Below are positions 27,453 to 41,097 of a DNA stretch of 64,000 nucleotides, in pieces. Every line of letters begins with the position of its first letter. Within the stretch, counting starts at the first letter, position 1. The notes under the pieces were generated by a model that saw nothing but the letters and a program-made list of their open reading frames with translations, made no database searches and had not been told where the DNA came from. A program made the translations under genes and the position numbers. This DNA comes from Octopus vulgaris (taxonomy: Eukaryota), in contig OX597815.1 in the NCBI GenBank assembly GCA_951406725.2, positions 40,672,001 to 40,736,000 of the forward strand. The letters are read 5' to 3'.

Positions 27453-28169
27453 GTAAGTAGATTTTAATTTTTATTTAATCGTTAGGGAGTGATTGTGTAA
27501 AGATAGCACATTTTGATGTGAACATTAAAATTGCCAATAGGACATTTTAGCTGCTTATTCTTTTACATGTTTGTCTTTGGAATGTGGCCATGCTGGAGCA
27601 CCGCCTTGAATTTATAGCTGTATGATTCGATCCCCAGTAATTGTTAAAGCCTGGTGCTTATTCTATTCTGTCGAACGGTTGTTACAGGGACGTAAGCACA
27701 TCAACACCGGTAGTCAAGCGGTGAAGAGGGTATAAACGGACCCAAAGGCACATAAATATATACTTATATAGGCAGACTTGTTTCAGTTTCCGCCTGCCAA
27801 ATCTGCTCAAAGCTTTGGTTGGCCTGAAGCTATAGAAAACATTTTGCTCAAAGTTCCACGCGGTGTAACTGAACCCGGAGCCATGTGGTTAGGGAAACAA
27901 ATTTCTTTCCATACAACCACGTCTGCGCCTATTTGTGTAATATTTATGAAATAATAATCAGATATACACCTCATATGAGAACAGTGCAGTTAAATGAAGT
28001 GCTGGTAAGCAAGTATTAATCGAGTGGTCTTATTTAAAAAGGTTTTGTCGATAGATTTCTGCCAAATTGTACTTAGATCAACATTATTTAATTCATAAAA
28101 ATATTGTTTTTTACTGCAAATAAATCATTTAGACTGTTTTGATTTGTTATATTTATTTCACTTTTACAG

Positions 28170-28286
28170 TGTTTTGACAGCAATAATCCATATTTCGAGA
28201 ATGACGTTATTTCAAAAGAATTCCATTTGAATGATACGGGAGAACCTTCATCTAAATCAACGCCCATTAAATGGAAGCCAGGAAAA
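28170..28286 (+). CDS. SET: SET exon 4
   Basis: ttttacag| [39 protein letters not shown] |gtaagt. Confidence 0.95.
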
Positions 28287-28433
28287 GTAAGTTGTTTCTT
28301 TAATTTATAGAATTCATGTAAAGTATTCAGGCATATTTCTTTCCTGAAACTGATTAAATTGAATCATTTGACGTTCATGTTTTCTACTGGCATATAATAC
28401 ATATGTATATGAGGAAATGGTTTTTACTTTCAG

Positions 28434-28601
28434 GACTTGACCAAAAAATCCAGTCAACCAGGCAAAGGTGGTCGCAAAAGAAACCATGAGGAACAAGAAT
28501 CTTTCTTCTGTTGGTTTACTGATCATGGTGATGCAGGAGCTGATGAACTAGGGGAGGTGATCAAGGACGACATCTGGCCAAACCCTCTGCAATACTATTT
28601 G
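28434..28601 (+). CDS. SET: SET exon 5
   Basis: tttcag| [56 protein letters not shown] |gtaatt. Confidence 0.96.
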
Positions 28602-29270
28602 GTAATTTCCATCTCTAATTGAACCATTTCTATGATATTACCCTTCCTTTCATTCTGTAATGATTATACTCGGGAATTACTTTTTGCAAGATATTAGCAA
28701 TTTTAGACTGATGGTCACTATTTCACTAGCTGTTGACTGGACATAGTCTGCATCCTATTTTAGTTTTAAAAATGATTGTTTATCCCTTCCTAGGTGTTAT
28801 ATTCCCTAAGGTTGCCTTTGTCAAATAAAACTAGTTAAGACTCACTCTAAAATGGTGCGAAAAACTGTTTTATGTCATTTCTATTATTGATTTCATGGGT
28901 TTTATCTTCTAACACTAATGGTTGAAATTAAGGATATTTGACCTCAGAATAATGAAAACAATGAAATAGCTGTGATTATCAGTGTCTAATTTGTTATTCC
29001 TCGTTTACTATAAATCCATTTAAAGAAAAATTTCAGTTATTTCACAAATTTATAAATTTTAGCTGATGTTTTAATATTTTTCGTTTTATGTAATTTGAGA
29101 TCGTATGTTTAATGTTCTAGCCTGTTCTTACCACAGGCTTTTATATACTTTTAAAAATATGTATTTACAAAAGTCTAGACTTAAATCTTTTATAAAGAAT
29201 TGTCTTAAATATCAGTGTGCATTTCATTTAAAGTATAAGAAGTGTAACACTGTAAATATTTTATTTTCAG

Positions 29271-29310
29271 GCATCAGAAGTAGAGGAGGATGAAGGCAAT
29301 GCAGGAGAGG
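29271..29310 (+). CDS. SET: SET exon 6 (start of acidic tail, 40 nt)
   Basis: ttttcag| ASEVEEDEGNAGE |gtaggt; phase-compatible with exons 5 and 7. Confidence 0.85.
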
Positions 29311-29729
29311 GTAGGTATTTTTCAATGAATTTTGCTTTAATCATTGCTCTATTTTGTTAGACAAGGCAAAACTTTTTTTAAAATTAGAAGATCCAGTAAA
29401 AAAAATTACATAATTGGCATTCTATTGGACCTTCATGCCATTTGCAATAAAATCTTTTTAATTCTGATTGATGTGATAGATTTCAGTCTGTGTAATACTT
29501 GAGCTTTAGACCTCATTTTGTTTATATTTCGGAAATCTTGATGTCAAATATGAAATTTCTGAGGAAGTTAAGCTGTGTCACTTCAAATACATTGTTCAGG
29601 CTTTTCTTCTGATCTGAAAATTGCATTTAGATAAAATGAACATTTTAAAAATCTTATTTTCTTTGTCTATGTTGTTCTAAGATATTCATATGACCAAGTT
29701 TGAACATATCTAATATGTATCTTATTCAG

Positions 29730-29797
29730 ATGAGGAATTAGATGAGGAAGGCTTAGATGATGAAGAAGGTGAAGAAGCAGAAGATTTTGATGAAGAA
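29730..29797 (+). CDS. SET: SET exon 7 (acidic tail)
   Basis: ttcag| (D)EELDEEGLDDEEGEEAEDFDEE |gtaagt. Confidence 0.88.
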
Positions 29798-29920
29798 GTA
29801 AGTAACCAGTGATATTTATGTTGATAGGTTTGTCATATAAGGGAGATTATAGTTTACTTTGCATTTATTAAACCGATCACTTCACAAAGTACAGTTTACC
29901 CTTTTTTTCCTTTCTCATAG

Positions 29921-29989
29921 GATGTTGGGGAAGAAGGAGAGGAAGGTGAAGGTGATGCCGCTGAAGATGAGGAGGAAGAAGAAGGCTAG
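29921..29989 (+). CDS. SET: SET exon 8 (acidic C-terminus, stop)
   Basis: ctcatag| DVGEEGEEGEGDAAEDEEEEEG TAG. Summed exons = 837 nt = 278 aa + stop. Confidence 0.9.
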   Translation, partial: DVGEEGEEGEGDAAEDEEEEEG

Positions 29990-32900
29990 TTGAAGTCATT
30001 CACAACATAACTGGTACTATTGCAGTACTAAGTGTAGTATTGACAGTTGCTAGTTTGTTACCAGCCTCACAAAGTGGTTCAGTATCGACATTCCTCCTGT
30101 GTTGACCCACTTCAGCCTCTGACTGTCTCTTGTAGTTTCAAGACAAAAGTAATGTCTTCTCATCTCCCCTATTTTCATTTTTCCTCTACTATATATATAT
30201 ATTTTTTCTTTTTTTTTCCTTTTTAATTATTAATTTTTTTGTCATCAATAAACTGTCCATCACTTCACTTTGGGCACCCTTTTAGAGTTGCTTTGTACTT
30301 TTGCTAAAATGAAGAAAACATTTCCCGCCCTTTCTTTTCAACACGTTTTGACCTCCTTCACGTTCATTAATTCATCACATTTTCAACAGGGGTTTCTCAA
30401 TAAAGGACAAAGACATTCAGATATCTTCTCTTTTTTTTTTTTTCCCTATCCCCTTCCTTTCTCCATTCAGTTTCATCACTTCATTTATAAAGCATTATCT
30501 CTTTAAAACACTTGACCCAACTGTATATTGGCATTTTTTGTTTTTGCCTTCTGAAGTTCTTAAACATTCGACAGTAGTTTGTATTTGAAGGTGAAGTGTT
30601 AATTTTAGTTACTGCTTTTGTTGACACCAAGCACAGCTAATTTGTCTAGTTTCTTCTGTTATGGATATTTTTATTTTTAATGTCGTAATTAAGATATTCA
30701 CTTCATTCAATTGGAATATTTGGCTAGAGTTAAAAAAAAACAGTTGATTACATTTTAAAGATTTAAGTTTAGGACAGCTTTTAGTTTCCGACTCAAACAA
30801 TTATAACTTTGGTTTATTTAAAAATTCAGTTGATACCAACTGAACTGGCAGCAACGATTATCCCCGTGAGACTCAATATTTTTTTATATGTCTATACCAT
30901 GGAAAAGGTTTTTAAACAATTGCTCAGTGAGCTTTTGCTTGTCAACTTAATGATTTGCATTTATATAGAACCTTGTTTATTGATTTATTGAAGTTATTTT
31001 TAGCTATAAAACCTTGTCAACTTTGGTGTTTTTTTAAAATTAGTGTTTTCTTTCTTTTCTAGAATAATGCTATTTGTAATAAAACATTTTACTTGTGTAT
31101 CAGTTGTTTTAGAAATCATTGTAGAACAATGTGTGTAGTGGGTTTTCCTTTTTTTTCTTTCTTTTTTTGACAATGTTTTTAAGATTGTGTTAAGTTTTAT
31201 GAATGTAGGGCGTACATTAATTGCTAAATGAAAAAATTTCCCAACTTCCATGGGTTCATCTTAAATATTTCTTGTACTTTTGTCTTTTTTTCCCTCTCCT
31301 TTTTTTAGTGCTCTTAAGTAATTTATACTTCTGCATAGCAAATATTTTCCCAAATCTGATTTGTCAATTGCTGGCTGCTACATATAACCAGGCAGTTTGT
31401 GAGGGTAAACTTGTGTTTTATTCCAATTTTCTCGTCTTCAATGTAAATGGGATTAACAAATTGACACCAAACTACTGTATTTCTAAACTGAAATAAACCG
31501 TTCGATGCGACAACGGTGTTGGATGATTTCTGAGTAATTTGATGAAATTAAAGATTAATTCTGCTAACCATTGTTTTTGTTATCTACAATTTTCCTTTCA
31601 TCTACGAGATGTTCAAGTAATATATTCAAATGTTTTAAAAACTTTTTCAAAGTATTTTATTCCTCCTGTGTTCGCAACATTCAATCCAGTTAAGCAACAG
31701 CTTGGTGTTGTAAGTAGACTTGAAATGTTTTCTTTCAGGAATTTCCTTTAATGCATTTTTCAAATGCTGGCATAGATGATATGAAGGTGTATCGAAAGTA
31801 AATTGGTTGTCTAGCTGGTTTGACTATATTTTTAATATTAGGGTCTTTTCTGTGAGTTGTAATGGAAGTTTAATCTGAGTTTTCACTTTAAGATTTTGTG
31901 ACAGTTACTTTAAATGATTTTTGTCCTTATTAGTATTGACTTTATTCTAATTAGCTGCTGTTAAGTTGCATTTTCTTCTGAAGGTTTCTGACGGGTCACT
32001 AGTTAGGATGTGAAATGTGTGTGTATATGTTTAAATACATGTACACACACTGGTCTGATTCTGACAAGGTATTTCAGCTCAAATTTTTCAAAGTGTACAC
32101 TTTTATATTATTTTGAACTTTATGCTTGATTGTCACTAGTCTACAATGTGAGGTGCCTAACTGCCTCTGCCTTAGATATAGTTTAAATGTTATGGCATCA
32201 AGTGTATACATTCTTGATCCACATAGCTTTCAAGATGTTAAGATGGAAAATTCATCCTATTATAAGCAATAGTACATTGTTCAAACTTGGGATTAAAGGC
32301 ATTTGAGATTTAGATGAATTTTGGTACTGCCATGAATTTTATAATTGAACTATATGAAAGTTAGAGGTGGATATCTATTTTTTAAGGGAAGTTCTTAAGT
32401 ATTGTTACAAGGCTAGCAAAATCATCCATACACAAGCATTTGTAGAAGAGTTACTTTGTCATGTATTACTGGAATACATGATGGGGCAGGGAGAATATTC
32501 AGTATTTATTAGCTCAAATATGATTGTCACTAGTGGTAATTCTTTTCAAAGAATTCTGCTCAATGTGTAATCTTCCTTGCAGCAAAATAATTTATTCCAC
32601 TTTACTGATACAAATGAGTTTGCCCTGAATGTTTTGTTTCATTTAGTGTTTGTCAGATTTCAATTCAGAACTAAAGGATAATGGTATATTACACATTTAT
32701 ATAATTCAATTACCTATAGGAATAACCGACATTTATTCAAGTCTACTTTACAGTTTTGCATAGGTCAGTGCTTGAGCTGAAAAGTACAGTGTTATGTACT
32801 TTAATGTCAGGAACAGCATCTTCCCACGATATTGGTTTTTAACCCATGTCACCATTAGCAAAAAAAGGAGTGATGTAGGTTTTTTTTATCTGGATGCTAT

Positions 32901-35900
32901 GTGAACTGCATGTGGCTCTTGTGTAATGCACAATGAGAACAATTTAGAAAATACATGTTTATGCATAACTTATAATTGTAGACCTCTTGTCTTGGATACA
33001 TACTTTTGGCATTTACACCACTAATAACTTTACAAAATTAAAATTGTCAATAAGGGAGTTATACTTTTTCATGGACTGTAGATTTCTATCCTGAGCTTGG
33101 TTATTATTTTTATACAGCGGAAACAAAGCAGTGCACAAGAATGATATGCACAGGTTACACATTAAGTAGCAATAACTGAGGTATATTGCATTTCGCCTGT
33201 TTATTTGGATTCAAAAGTTGTATACATCAGTTTCTATTCAAATACAGGTATTTTCTTAATTTGCCTAGAACTAGCAGTCATATCACACTATTGCATCCAA
33301 AAGAAAGACCTGAGCAGCAGTCAGTTACATACAAAAGAGATAGTTGTACTTTGTCTTGGTCAGGACTACTGCATTTTACTGTTCCAGTTGAATTCTGAAA
33401 ATGCTATTTCCCCTACTTGTCATCTACAGTTGCTAGATATAACAGCTAAATTTTCAATAAAATATCCTTGCTATACAGTTAATGTTCGCAAATAGAAATC
33501 TTTGATTGTCCTACAGCTACTTCATCAGGTAATTAACTGGAGTTAGTGCAACATGTGAATTGCCAATACACTAGTTGGACCTAACCGTATGATAGGAAGT
33601 CCTCAAATTTGCAATTGTCCAGTGCTTTTTCCTTCCTTAGATTGTCTAGTAGGATTTGAAAGGAAACATTTGTTACAGTTGCTTATTCAGCAGAGAGGGT
33701 AGTACCAAAGGGTTATGGAAAGGAAGAGTAAATTTCGGAACAAAGAGTTTGAATTTAAGATTTCTTTCAGCTAGAGGGATTTTTCTTAGTGTTGCTCCTC
33801 TCTATTTACAAATTAATTTATATGTAAATGTTGATTAGTGGAGATGACCTTTTAGCATTTAATCTAGCCCACACATTCTAACTGGCCAGATTTGGCCCAA
33901 TGATGTCATTCTAAAAGAAAAAAATCGCATCAAAATCTCGAGGCTACAAGGTAATGGATAGCTAATTTAAAATGAGAATAAGGATTACATTTATGCTAAA
34001 AGGTTAAATTTTAAATTTCCAAATAGTTAAAAAATTAGCCCAATGGTAAATTACACAACTGTAGGTAATCTGCTCAAAGTTGCTTCTTACTGGAAATTTC
34101 AGCCAAATCTTCAAATTATACCATGCTGAAGATTATTTTGTAAGGTAAAGAAGAGGTCATACTTGAAAAATGCTTTAGATCATGTGTGGCCCAGAGCTAG
34201 TCTATTAACATGCACTGTTATGTACCAGACATTCTAGTACTAGTTGGTTTATAGGTGTGCATATTTTTTATTCTATTTGTTTCAGGAACAAGCAGAATAA
34301 TAAATAAGCACACATGCATAATATACACAAATCTGTAAGGCCTCCTTCAGGATTGACTATACATGCACCTGGAACTTCTACTTTCCAAGGAAGAAGCTGT
34401 TCATACAGCAAGTCTCTTAACCAATATTGTCTGAGGTAAAAGCAATTCCTGGTAATAGGCTTTACAGGTGAACCAAGGAAGTGCAATGCTATGAAAGTCT
34501 AAGAAAAAGATTGAGAGAATTAGCTTATCTGATATCCTGTGAGACTACCAGGAAGCAGTACTGAGACAACTGCTAAAGGTCACTGTTATGTCTGGCCATA
34601 TCGTGAGTTGAAGCTAGTGGTCATGGCTTGTAGAAACTGCAAAGTTGGTGAGAGGAAGTACATTGATTGATTTAGTGTGCAGGTAGGTTCCACTGGGCTC
34701 TAGTTATCAGTCAGCCAAGTGATCACAGAGAACTAGAATTAGAAAAGAAGTTTCAGACATGGATACAAAACCTGAAATAAAGGTGCCTCAAAGGCGAGTT
34801 TTTAGAAAGTAGTATGCTTATTTCAGGTAGCTAGCCTGGTTTGATTTATAGGAAAGGCGTAGTTATGAGTGTAACCAGTGCAATCTATAGATATGGTGCA
34901 GTGGAGACATTGGAAGGTTAACTGCAAAATACAGTGGCAGATGCGAAGCAATAGACGAGCACAGGAAGATCCCTGAAGTTCTCTACATAACTAGCAGGAG
35001 GTTCTGTAAGTACAGTAGCCAGGGTAAGGAGGGAGAGTGAACTAGCAAAGGCCTTTTGCTCAGAGACAATGATGCTTGTTTATGAAGTGCCAGGCTGCAT
35101 AGTTTTGAAAAGTATGTTTAGAGGACCTGTGAAAACTAGAAAGAAAGGCAGCAAGCATGTTGCTGGATGTTCAGTATCAATGTATATGGTTGATAGCTTA
35201 TGTGTTAAGGGTATAGGTGGAATGCGATGTGCAAACTTGGGGTTTTGGCATGTGAAGTGTAATATAGAAGGATAGTTGTATAAAAAAAATGGAAAACCTT
35301 CACAGTAGATGGAACCTGCAGAAGTAGGTGTTGAGACTGAAGAAATAGTTGATATGCGGTGCTCAAATATCTACCCAGTTACATTAGCATGTTGTGACAG
35401 GCTTACAATGCGTACTGAGTTCTTGCCAAATCTACAATTTCTGCTTCATCCTTCTCACCTATCATGACAACTAGGTTTCTCCTCCACTTGCTATTAACAT
35501 CTGTTACTCCTTATTGACCAATTCCCATTCTTGTTGATAACCATCTCACTCGCCTTACATAACTTTTAACATCATCCTATCATTCCTCAATTACTCTCTA
35601 GTGTATTATTCTGCTGCTGTAAGAAATGTTACTAAGTATCACTACATATATTGCCATTTCTATATTCTGTGTTAAAGACTACACAAATCAAGCTCAATAT
35701 AACCACTTTGTAGTACAGTTTCTTTGTCTTGAATGGTTTTTCTCGATTTGATTTTATCCCAAAGTAAATCAAAGATGCTGTGACTTTCAAAGAAGATCTA
35801 GACAAATTTCTTCAAGGGATACTTGACAAACCACCTATACCTAGACATGTCCCAATCAACAGCTCCCTACTTGAATAGACTATGATGACACAACACTTGA

Positions 35901-36693
35901 TTTCAGATGATAAAAGATCACTTTATGCACTAAAGTGGTTGGCATTAGGAAAATCATGCAAAAGCAGTCACTGGAACACAATGCAGTTCCTGCAACCATC
36001 AAATACCAAGGGATCTGATGGATCCAACAATCTGACCCATGCCAGTATGTACCATGGACATCAAATAAAGATGCCTTGCTGTGTGGTTAGAAGCTTGCTT
36101 TCCAACCACATGGTTCTGAGTTCAGTCCCACTGCATGACACCTTGGGCAAGTGTCTTCTACTATAGCCTCGGGCCAACCAAAGCTTTGTGAATGGGTTTG
36201 GTAGACAGAAACTGAAAGAGGCCCGTTGTATGTGTTTTGAACCTCTGTCACCACTAGGCAACTGTTGCTGGTGTGTTTATGTCCCCATAACTTAGCAGTT
36301 CGGCAAATGAGTCTGATAGAATAAGTCCTGGGGTTGATTTGTTTCACTTAGAACGCTTGAAGGTGGTGCTCCAGCATGGCCACAGTCCAATGACTGAAAC
36401 AAATATACATAATTGCACATACATATATAATCTCTATGAGACCTTAGTATGTTTAGCTGTAAACATGGCTGAGTGGATGGTTAAGAAGCTTGCTTCCCAA
36501 AGCATGATTTTGGGCTTTGTGCCACAGTCTTAGATCCACCAAAGCCTTGTGAGTGGATTTGGTTAACAGTAACTGAAAGAAGCATGTGTGTGTGTATGTA
36601 TATATATATATTATTATAATATTAGGGAGTATAAATCCAAGCTTACAGTGAAATATTCAATTTAGTATTAAATCAAATTTCACAAGAAGCTAA

Positions 36694-37121
36694 TATGGAC
36701 GCCGAAAATTGCACCGTTATGTAAACCTCCTCAAGGAATGTGAAGACACAGGCTGGAAAGCAGAACATTTTCCTATTGAAGTCGGATGTAGAGGGTTTGT
36801 TGGACACCGTGAGACGACTGCTATCGCTAGGCCTAACTCATCGTAAAGTCAATACCACCATGACTAATACCCAATCTACAGTGGAGAAGGCTAGCCACTG
36901 GATTTGGTTAAAAAGAGACGATGAGCGATGGCTAGAAGTATATTGAGTTTAACTTCATAACCAGCTGATCTAGCAAGGGGGGCCGGTGCGTTTGATGCCG
37001 TCGAGAGGTAGGCCCCGAAACGGCGTGCATTCTCTCCTAATGACCCCATACACTTATTGGCTTCCGGTATACGGAGCTTTTGACTGGTAGCACTTGCACG
37101 TGCAAGTTGTTGGCAAGACAT
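36694..37121 (+). mobile_element. 3' end of restriction-like-endonuclease non-LTR retrotransposon (HERO-like)
   Basis: RRKLHRYVNLLKECEDTGWKAEHFPIEVGCRGFVGH / frameshift / VRRLLSLGL...VEKASHWIWLKR...stop at 36946. The K..RY..L, EVGCRGF and ASxWIWLKR motifs match RLE domains. GC-richer 3' UTR ends at (TA)n. Confidence 0.78.
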
Positions 37122-37230
37122 TTATATATATATATATATATCATGCTAGCATGGAAAGTGGACGTTACACGATGATGGTGATAGACAAAAACCACTATTA
37201 TGCAATTCAAACAATGATAGACGTAAATCG

Positions 37231-38888
37231 GTGGAGGGACCAGCTATCCGAATAGACAGCTCCCTAATAGTTAAAGCAATTAAGGGTTGAAACCAGGAAA
37301 AGCCCCCCGGCCCATCAGGAATTACTGCTGAGATTCTTAAAACATCTAGTCACATTGTAAACCAGGTAGTTCGCAAAGGTGATGCTCTAGATAGAAAAAA
37401 CTACAGGGGTATTAAGCTGTTGGATCAGGTGATGAAGGTCACAGAGAGGGTCATAGCCCATCTCATTAGGGAGAGAGTTTGCTTAGATGAGATGCAGTTT
37501 GGTTTTGTGCCAGGTAGAAGCACCACTGATACCATATTCTTGGTTTGACAACTGCAGGAGAAATACCTAGCTAAAGATAAACTCCTCTACATAGCTTTTG
37601 TGGACTTGGTGAAAGCCTTTGACATGGTTCCCCGATCCTTATCTGGTGGATGATGCGGAAACTGGAGATAGACGAATGGTTAATAAGGGCTGTACAGGCC
37701 CTATACAGAGAGGCTGTCAGCAAGGTTAGGATTGGCAATGAGTATAGTGAAGAATTCCGGGTAGAAGTAGGGGTCCACCAAATTTCAGCCCTCAGTCCCC
37801 TTCTATTCATCATAGTCCTCCAGGCAATAACAGGAATTTAAGACGGGTTGCCCCTGGGAGCTCCTCTATGCTGACAACCTGGCCCTCAGCAGAATCACTA
37901 CCGGAACTAGAAAAGAAATTACGGGTGTGGAAGCTAGGTTTAGAATCAATAGGCCTTGAGAGTCAATGTAGCAAAAACCAAAGTCCTAGTAAGTAGGAAG
38001 GCAAACACACCACACACCCCTTCAGGTAGGTGACCCTGCTTGATCTGTAGAAAAGGTGTAGGTAGAAACTCCATAAGAGTACCTAGTGTAAGCTATGGAC
38101 ACATAAGATGTGCAGCACCATCAAAGGAAAATTAACCGAGAAGATAGCTTTTGTGTGTGGCAGATGCACAGGGACAGAAAACAAATTCCATTACGCTCCT
38201 GGGGGAGAAACTAGAAGTACTTGATAGTTTCCGCTACCTAGGTGACCAAGTTAGTGGTGGGGGTGGATGCTCTGAGAGTGTTACCACTAGAATAAGACCC
38301 GACAAGTAATGTGAGTTCATGGCTCTTTCTTGCACCAGCTTCACATAGAAGCCCCAGCCTTTCCAAAGTGCCTTGGATCGTAGGACAACCTGCTGTGCTT
38401 AAGGAGACCTTTTGAGTCAAGTACGTCAGCATCAGAAATCAAATGGAAATTGTGGTTGCGATACCTATGCCGGTGGCATGTAAAATGCACCATCCGTACG
38501 TGACTGATGCCAGCGCTGCCTTGACTGGCCTCCGTGCCAGTGGCACATAAAAAGCACCAACCGTTCATGGCCATTGCCAGCCTCCCCTGGCACCTGTGTC
38601 GGTGGCACATAAGATGCACAATCCGTATGTGGCTGATGCCAGCGCCGCCTTGACTGGCTTCTGTGTAGGTGGCATGTAAAAAACACCAACCATTCGTGGC
38701 CGTTGCTAGCCTTCCCTGGCACCTGTGCTGGTGGCACGTAAAAAGCACCCACTACACTCACGGAGTGGCTGGCGTTAGGAAGGGCATCCAGCTGTAGAAA
38801 CACTGCCAGATCAGACTGTAGCCTGGTGCAGCCTTCTGGCTTCCCATGCTAGCATGGAAAATGGACGTTAAACGATGATGATGATGAT
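37231..38888 (+). mobile_element. RTE LINE fragment with reverse transcriptase domain (pseudogenised)
   Basis: KAPGPSG, YRGIKLLDQVMKV, MQFGFVPGRSTTD, VGVHQISALSPLLF and LLYADNL motifs, followed by the modular 3' UTR and (GAT)n tail. Confidence 0.88.
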
Positions 38889-38890
38889 AG

Positions 38891-39349
38891 AAACATTTGT
38901 CTAGATCACAGTAAAGTACATAATAAATAATATATAATTAGTAAATAGACTATATAATTAGTAAATAAATACATATTTTTAATAAATAGTCAAACAGAAT
39001 TAAACAATATTTCTTAAAGAAATAAAAACATTCTTGTTATAGAAGATTTTCCGTTAACTAAATTTTAAACTTAAAAAGTAGGACCACTTTAGTTAAAGGA
39101 ATTTCTTCTATAAGAATCATGTTTTTTTTTCTTTAAGAAATATTGTTCAATTCTGTTTGATGATTTATTAAAAATATGTATCTATTTAACTATTTTTGTT
39201 ATTGTTGGCCTGAGGAGTGACTCGATTAAATTTAAATTTAATTGTAATTTGAATTGAAGATATAGCAACGAAACATATGTAGTCTATTTACTAATTACAT
39301 ACTATTTATTTATTTTTATGTACTTTATTGTGATCTAGGTAAATGTTTT
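38891..39349. repeat. AT-rich fold-back inverted repeat; right arm carries hammerhead motif
   Basis: aaacatttgtctagatcacagtaaagtacat ... atgtactttattgtgatctaggtaaatgttt. Inner arms also pair (ttaactaaa / tttagttaa). Confidence 0.82.
39205..39286 (+). ncRNA. Minimal type-I hammerhead ribozyme motif
   Basis: ttggc CTGAGGA gtgact...agcaac GAAA C ATAT G TA gtcta; core intact, stem II partly decayed. Confidence 0.68.
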
Positions 39350-41097
39350 TATCGTATATTTTATTTTTTTCTATATGGTATGATTTACGTCTTTCATTGT
39401 TTGAATTGCATAATAGTGGTTTTTCTTTAATTTATATATATATATATCACTGGTGGTGCTCCAGCATAGTCACAGCCTTAGGTTTGATGTGTTTAAAGAA
39501 TATATGTGTTGAGGTGCGTGGCTTAGTGGTTAGAGTGTCGGACTCATGATCGTAAGATTGTGGTTTCGATTCCTGGACCAGGTGAAGTGTTTTCTTGAGC
39601 CAAAATGAGTAATCTTGCAACGGACTGGTGTCCTGCCGAGGTGTGGAATGTATGCGCTATGGAAACTGGAAAACCAGCCCTCATGAGCCTGGCATGTCTT
39701 GAGAAGGAAACATATATATATACATACATATATATATAAAGGGCTGGGCACAAGTGTTGGTTTGTTTATATCCTTGTATCTTAGCGGTTTGACAAAAGAA
39801 ACTGATTGAATAAGAACCAGACTTTAACAAATGTAAGTGCTGGGCTTAGTTCATTTGACTAAAAACTTTCAATGATAGAAACTAAAGCATATATATATCA
39901 TCAAATATGACACAAATATTAAGTGGTTAAATATATTCACCTCTCATACCTTCTGACTTTTATGATCTATATACTCCTCATGGAATAATTTCATAGACTG
40001 GATCTACTGGATTTCAGCTGCATAGGACTCTACATTACACTCTGTATTGGATTACTATGTGGTATGTAGCCCAGTCCACCAGAGGAGCTTTCTGTGATTG
40101 CCACAGGATTCTATGAATCCATATATTGTACTACAAATTTATCTATCAAAATCGAAATCGATTAACATCAATGGAAATTGTAGCTGTGATACCAGTGCCG
40201 GTGGCATGTAAGAGAACCATCCAAACGTGGCCGTTGCCAGTGCCGCCCTGACTGGCCTCTGTGCCAGTGGAACGTAAAAAGCACCATTCGATCGTGGCCG
40301 TTTGCCAGCCTCGTCTGGCACGTAAAAAGCACCCAATACACTCATGGAGTGGTTGGTGTTAGGAAGGGCATCCAGCCGTAGAAACACTGCCAGATCAGAC
40401 TGGGCCTGGTGCAGCCTTCTGGTTTCCCAGACCCCAGTTGAACCGTTCAACCCATGCTAGCATGGGAAGCGGACGTTAAACGATGATATGTGTGTGCCAT
40501 GCAGTGGTACCAAGCCCCAGAACACATTGTTAAGAAGCAAACTTCTAAACCATAAAGCAATACTTGCATATCGTCATTATCATTTGATGTCTGCTTTCCA
40601 TGTTGGCATGGATTGGATGGTTTGACAGAATCTGGTAAGCCACTGGGCTGTGCTAAGCTCTAGTGTCAGCTTTGGCATTGTTTCTATTATCTGGATGCCA
40701 ACCACTCTACAGTTTGTACTGGTGCCTTTTTTTTGTTTTGTTCCACTTGTACTAGTGAGATTGCCTAGTAACTTGCAACACAGAAAAAGAACAGGGCAAG
40801 CGGAAAAAGCTCCCAGTGCTAGATGTGAGGAATATTTGGAAGTGGGAGGTGGCTTTATGCTTAGTGTTGAGAGGCTAGAGGGACATGCACAAGTGTCTTG
40901 CTATAGAGGAAATACATGTAGAGGTGGGTGGGAATAATTGGGAAGGAGATTAAGATGGTAGTGATGGAGTGCCAGAGTAAACTTGCAAGGGACATGAAGG
41001 TGAGTGTAAGAGAGGATACAGACAGTGGGTTAGGACTGAGGAGGAGAGAGTAAGAGATGGGAGTATAGGTAGAGGTATGTATAGAGATGGGAGTATA

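Noticed and set aside
28620-28720. Intronic C/D snoRNA in SET intron 5
   Set aside because: CTGA with a short flanking stem is present, but box C is non-canonical and I cannot identify an rRNA-complementary guide.
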